64,000 nt of DNA, from positions 806,001 through 870,000 of the forward strand of contig LSRY02000024.1 in assembly GCA_001643675.2 (NCBI GenBank). Direction: 5' to 3'. Below the pieces are notes generated by a model that did not search any database, was not told where the DNA came from, and saw nothing but the letters and a program-made list of their open reading frames with translations. Shown here in pieces: positions 58,470 through 64,000 of this stretch. A program made the position numbers and the translations under genes. The stretch is from Monocercomonoides exilis PA203. Its lineage: Eukaryota > Protista > Preaxostyla. Numbering within the stretch: position 1 is the first letter of the stretch; each line of letters starts with the position of its first letter.

Positions 58470-59913
58470 AAAAGTGAAATTGGAATACATGCAAGGAGGT
58501 TGAAATGTTATGAAAAATAGATTGATAAATAAAATGGTAAATATATAGAAAAAGTGATTATTTGCGAGGTAAAATACAGTCAGATAAGCATCATATAAAA
58601 AATGATTGAAAAAAAATTATGAAAATTGCTTCATAAATTATATACAATTTTCTCAGTATCATATTTTATTTCAAAGGCAAAGAAAAATTTTTTTCTTTTT
58701 TTTTTGAGCAGACAAACATTCTTTTTCAGCAATTGATAGGAATTTCTTCACGATGTCATCTGTTGGAATGCCGCCGTCGGGGAAGTAAAGGTCGTAGTGA
58801 TTAATTCCTTTGTCAACGAATCGCTTCCTGTCGTACATTCTTTTATTCAGTCGAACAACCGCGGATACCCCTTTCCTTTTGAAATATGGTATGTAAAACT
58901 CTTCAAAGTGCATCAAACATTAAAAGTTAGGGGGGAATTTATTTTTTCGCAGCAAATTGGGCAAAAGTGGCAATTCAAGAAAAAATGGGGAGTATATTTA
59001 TTTTAAAATTCTTTTATCTTGTAAACATATATTTGAAATACAAACCAGGAGTGTGTGTGCATATTCCATTAGGATCATTTATTGCGATATTTGAGGGACC
59101 TGCGAAAGCCAAAAATTTCCCTGGTACGATCCAATTCAAATCTCCATTCTCAACCTTTTCATAGTGCTCGTATTCATGAACATCAAATTCCCCAGGTAAT
59201 GGAGTTGACGAGGGAGGTGTGATTGGCGATGACAGATTTCCAAAGTTAATGAATCCGCAATTCATTGCTTTAGAGATACCTTTGGCCACATCCAAAACAG
59301 ATAGTCCAAACATTGATGGGCCGTATGCAGCATCTCTGAAAGGAGGTAGAGGAGGGAATATTCCAAGAAAAGGCCGGAAGGCCTCGTCTGGAGTCATGTG
59401 ATGAAATAGTACACAGTAGCAACAAACAAGGCAAATAGAATTTGCTCTTTGATAATTGTTTGTGCTTGAGCAATAATATAATTTTTTTCCTGTGTGAGCA
59501 ATTTCCTTTTTTGTCAAATAGAATCGAAACAATGATTTTAATTTTAACATATAAAGAAAATAATATGCAAACAGAAAGATGGGATTCTGTGAGTTTGCAA
59601 AATCGATATAAGCATGCCAAATTAAGAGGTCCAAAGTCAGAAGAAAATGGTTGATAGAGTAGCGTTGTGTCTGTGGAATAAAAAATACTGTTCAACGTGT
59701 TACGAGGTACTGTCCTTAATGAAACATAGTAAAATTCCCCTTTAATAAACAAATAAGCGTGTTAGATGAAAAATTAATTAAAATATTTAAATATCATGAA
59801 AATGAAATTTTGAAAAGTTAAAAAGGTGAACGTTTGGTTCTTTTATACTAATTTGTTCAACGATTTAAACCTTTAATAATTTCAAATGCTTTTGAAAGCT
59901 CTTGTGTTGTCAT
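57202..59913 (-). CDS. CDC14: Cdc14 dual-specificity phosphatase, 5 exons
   Basis: [54 protein letters not shown]...[29 protein letters not shown]; inferred ATG at 59913. Confidence 0.96.
58316..58472 (+). repeat. (GA) microsatellite of about 42 units plus (GAAA)n, forming the pyrimidine tract of the last Cdc14 intron
   Basis: GA repeat 58316-58400 abuts the minus-strand acceptor AG at 58315-58314. Confidence 0.9.
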
Positions 59914-60212
59914 TTTCAAAATATTCGAACAAAAACAGCTTGATCATAAACCAAAACTAATTATCTATAATTATTTCAATCAGAAAAATTTTTGTTCTTT
60001 TGTCTCCTGAATATTGTTTTATGAATGCCTGACAAATGAAAATCATGTCATTTTTTTTCAACTTTTGATATAACCGTCATTGAAATATCATTATTTTTTT
60101 GAACTAATGTTTCGGTTTGATATTTCTGTTTTGAATTATTGTTTATGAACACAGAAAAGTGACAAATCCGATTCAAACAATCTCTGTCTTTCTTTTTCAT
60201 AATTCCGGTTGT

Positions 60213-60554
60213 AAAAAAAAGCCGGAAAAGATCGATTACACAATATCCGCAAGAGGAATAATCCCGATAAATTTCTTCAAAACATTCATCATCAATGCAA
60301 ACTCATTTGATTCACGAGACTTTCAAAACAGCCTCATTTGTGCTCAGAAATAATTATTATTGAAATTTCGGTAATTTTTATGGTATATTTATTCTCAGAG
60401 ATTTCAATAATAATTATTTCTGAGCACAAATGAGGCTGTTTTGAAAGTCTCGTGAATCAAATGAGTTTGCATTGATGATGAATGTTTTGAAGAAATTTAT
60501 CGGGATTATTCCTCTTGCGGATATTGTGTATTCGATCTTTTCCGGCTTTTTTTT
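60213..60554. repeat. Long inverted repeat 2 (154-bp arms, 34-bp spacer)
   Basis: 60213-60366 versus 60401-60554, one mismatch seen. Confidence 0.95.
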
Positions 60555-61109
60555 TGTTCAATCTGTTTTTTTTTTTTTTTTTTAATTATTCGCTGATAAT
60601 ACAAGTGATTAAGTAATTAATATATATCTGATAATTAACAAGTGGGTAATATTTTTTGAAAGAACAATTTTGTCTTTCAAAACTTTCGGATCAAAAATAT
60701 TCCTTGAATGTCAACAAAAGAATGTGAAAAGTGAAAAGGCTTATTATGAACATTTTCATCTTTAATTCGGTCAAAACATTTGTTTTTCAAACAGTTGTAA
60801 TGAATTTTGCATTTGAATACATAACTCTTCCCAAAAACTAACAAACTTTGTAAAAAACAACACCCCGAAAAAAGTTCTGATTTCAAAAATGAACACACAA
60901 ATTTGTTATTCATTTTGAAAAATCGAAAATGCATAATTTACAGGTTTTTTGGAATTTAGATTTTTTCATGAATCAAAGAAAAAGATCAATCAAAATTGCC
61001 AGGAATAAAAATCATAGCAAATTGGTAATTTTTTGTTCAAATTTCTTTAGGGCGATTTTGAACATTCTTATCGCTAAAATTCGAGAAAAATGCTAATTGG
61101 GTGTGCATT

Positions 61110-61411
61110 AACCCGCACACTTGACATTTTCTTTCAAAATACTCTTCCACTTTCATACATGTGAAAGCGTTTGGAATTTTAATGCATCCTGTAACTTTTT
61201 TTGTCCAATTTTTTGTATTTCGAATGAATAATCAAATACAAACATTTTTAATCAAAAAATCTAAAAAGATCAGAAATTATTATTTTTAATTTTTTATTCG
61301 AAATACAAAAAATTGGACAAAAAAAGTTACAGGATGCATTAAAATTCCAAACGCTTTCACATGTATGAAAGTGGAAGAGTATTTTGAAAGAAAATGTCAA
61401 GTGTGCGGGTT
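61110..61411. repeat. Long inverted repeat 3 (116-bp arms, 70-bp spacer)
   Basis: 61110-61225 versus 61296-61411, no mismatch seen. Confidence 0.95.
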
Positions 61412-61713
61412 TTTGCGCAAATGCGGGTTTTGCACCGAACTATAAATTTCACAAAATATGAAAATGAAACATTTGTGACCTTTTTTTTTGAAGAATAGCC
61501 GGTTTGCAGATTCTGGAACGATTAAAAAAAGCATTATTTAAAAAAAAGATCAACAATATGAAAATTTTTTGTTGAAAATTTTCTAATAAAAATTTTTGTA
61601 AGAATAAGGGGCAATATTTTAACATTTATGAAAATTTTTTTATTTATAATGTGGAACAAATATTTTCAAGCAATTAATACCGTCCTATATTTGCAAAGAA
61701 ATCAATGCTAGAT

Positions 61714-61714
<1 letters not shown>

Positions 61715-61754
<40 letters not shown>
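61715..61754 (+). repeat. Poly-T homopolymer of about 40 nt
   Basis: Direct reading. Confidence 0.9.
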
Positions 61755-61755
<1 letters not shown>

Positions 61756-62198
61756 TTTTTTTGTTTTGTACGTCTTTAAGTAGAAAACACTGAAAAGTTT
61801 GAAAACAAATGATATTCTCTATTTCTTTTTCTTGGTAAAAATTCACCTCTCTTGCTTGATATGTAAGAGCTTGTTTTTTTAAATTTTCTAAAATGCATAA
61901 AAAATTTTCCTTTTAGATATTCGAGCACATAACGAGAAAATGTCCGATACAATAAATGAACTAATTTGCCTGATGAATGTTACATAAGACAGACAGAACA
62001 AAAAAAGAAAAAGAAAAGAAACACAATTAACTTGAACAACGAAAAGTTAAACATTGCACAAATAAGTCTCATTGAAAACATATTGGAAAATAAAAACTGT
62101 CACTCGTTTATGTAATCTTTGGCAAAATAGAAATAAGACGACTAAATAGGAATAAAAATAGTACTTTTTGAATGCTTCTGCTCATTTGAATTAACTCT

Positions 62199-63921
62199 CT
62201 AAATTGACATTTTACTGATAATGACCAAACAGTTCACCACCTTTTCGATTTTTTCAACATAATCATAATCATGTGTATCCTTTTTAGGATACGTGAAAAG
62301 ATCAACAATGTCCACGCAACCTGCTTCCTCAAAAAGCTCTGCTAAACGCACAAATCGTGCAACTGCCATCTTCACTTCACTTAGGCTAAATTCTTTTATG
62401 TGACTATAATTTAAAATAAAAGTTCTTGATTGCTTATTTGATAAATTTTTTCCTTCCTTCAACTGATTGTTGAGATACGAAGACATTTCTAAATATATCT
62501 CTGATATTGTCATTAAACAACACGCTAAAATATTCAATCTGTTTTCATCAGTATGGGCGCAAGTAATGTAATCAAATGCACAAATAAATATTTCAGGATA
62601 TTTCGAGAGCTCAACCACTGCATCCCGATCAATGAAAATATGGAACAAAATTTCATTTAAATAAAGTTGCCACTCAGATGATGCATATTTGACAATTGGT
62701 GGCAAGTCACGATTAGATAATAAAAGAGAAGAGAAATATAAATAATTTCTCCTTACAGCACCCATGCAAGTAACCAAAAATGCACGATACTCTGGAATTC
62801 CTATAAACTGCACCATTTTAAATTCGTCATCAGTCAAAATTCTAAAAAAATGCACAACCGACGATAATGGATCTTTTAATCCGTAATGTCCAACACAATC
62901 AACTAATGCTAGGGAGTAATTGAATTGCGACCTATTTTCAATATATTTAGAATAATCAACAATCATTGGGTTCAAGTAAATCCCTTTTGTTTGCACCAAT
63001 AAGGGCTGTACACGTACAAACGAAAGCGGAATGAAACAATGCTTTTGAATTAATTGATGAACTGAACTGCCTAACCTTCCAACAGTTTTCGTTTGCTTTC
63101 CTTTACTCGTTTCTTTGCCTTTCAAACTACGAACCGGAGAATTCATATTCTTTCCAGGACTTTGCGATGAGGCTTCTTTGCAACCAGAAACAAGCGATTT
63201 TGTACGTGCGGAACCTGAATTCATCGCTTTTGAGATTGGTTTTTGAGGAGACAATGAAACAGATAATGAGCTTGCAGAACTTGTTGGTTTGACATATAAT
63301 GCTGAATTTGATACTGCAGAAGAAGTGCAAATTGAGCTGGTGTCTGATGACGAAGCTAACTGCTCTGATTCACTGGCATTTAACGAAGAAGATTGCCGAG
63401 TGCATATGAAACCATCTTCAGGTAACTTGTCGAACCATTCTCCAACAAACGAATTACAAAAATTTATCATCATTCGAAATCTATCTTTTCCAAACCGTGC
63501 AACTGGATTATAATCATTATCGAAAATAGAATTTAGTGATTCGATGCACAGCCATTGATGTAATGGAGGAAGAGAATATGCATTGCTCAGCAAAGAAGTT
63601 AAAATTTTATCGCCTTTATTTTGCTTTATTAATTTAGAAACTGAAGTGCATATCAACAGAAATTGATAAATCTATATTAATCATAAAATTATTCAACAAT
63701 TCCATACCACTAACTGCAAAATTCCAAAAGGAGAAATACGTAATAAAAGAGTCTTCTTCGTTTAATGGTTTATTCATAAGAATTTCAAAAGTATCAGCAA
63801 TTGCCCTCGTTTCTTCAAATGACAAATCAAAGCGAGCCATTGCTAAAATGCGTGCAATGATGTTTTTCAAGCATTGTGGCGTTCTTCGTGAAACTATTTG
63901 ATTCAGAAGTATTTCTTTCAT
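62199..63921 (-). CDS. Hypothetical protein (two ORFs joined by an inferred 43-nt intron 63714-63672); may extend upstream
   Basis: GTTAGT...TAG intron joins WNFA|IYQFLLICTSVSK in frame; no recognised domain. Confidence 0.6.
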
Positions 63922-64000
63922 CCTAGAACGCTCAAAAATTGATTTAATTTTTTCTTCAAAATAGGACGAACACGAAGATGAAGCTTTATAAGCAATAAGC

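Noticed and set aside
1-64000. CRISPR array, tRNA, rRNA or telomeric repeats
   Set aside because: No repeat-spacer periodicity, cloverleaf, rRNA-like block or telomere tract seen by eye; a tRNAscan/Infernal run would be needed to exclude them fully

Overview
AT-rich, intron-containing eukaryotic genomic DNA using the standard code. It most likely comes from an oxymonad metamonad such as Monocercomonoides (inferred from lineage-typical gene families, not proven). The first 12 kb is accessory DNA: a full-length DIRS1-type tyrosine-recombinase retrotransposon (5075-9641) with readable ITRs and an internal complementary region, flanked by two decayed copies of a lineage-specific helical protein family. 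Then come a divergent eIF5A, a large low-complexity protein, a TmcB/TmcC-like membrane protein, a decayed Merlin (IS1595/ISXO2) transposase, clathrin heavy chain with a U18/snR18-like C/D snoRNA in intron 2, and a 2418-aa beta-helix receptor pseudokinase. The rest holds a soluble HMG-CoA reductase head-to-head with Bet3, the meiotic RING E3 HEI10, a tail-anchored coiled-coil protein, Cdc14 and a hypothetical gene. The most notable unexplained structure is three long, near-perfect intergenic palindromes (arms 288, 154 and 116 bp) that do not share terminal sequence. Two of them sit about 290-300 bp upstream of housekeeping-gene start codons and share a short motif. All coordinates, splice models and alignments were worked out by eye.
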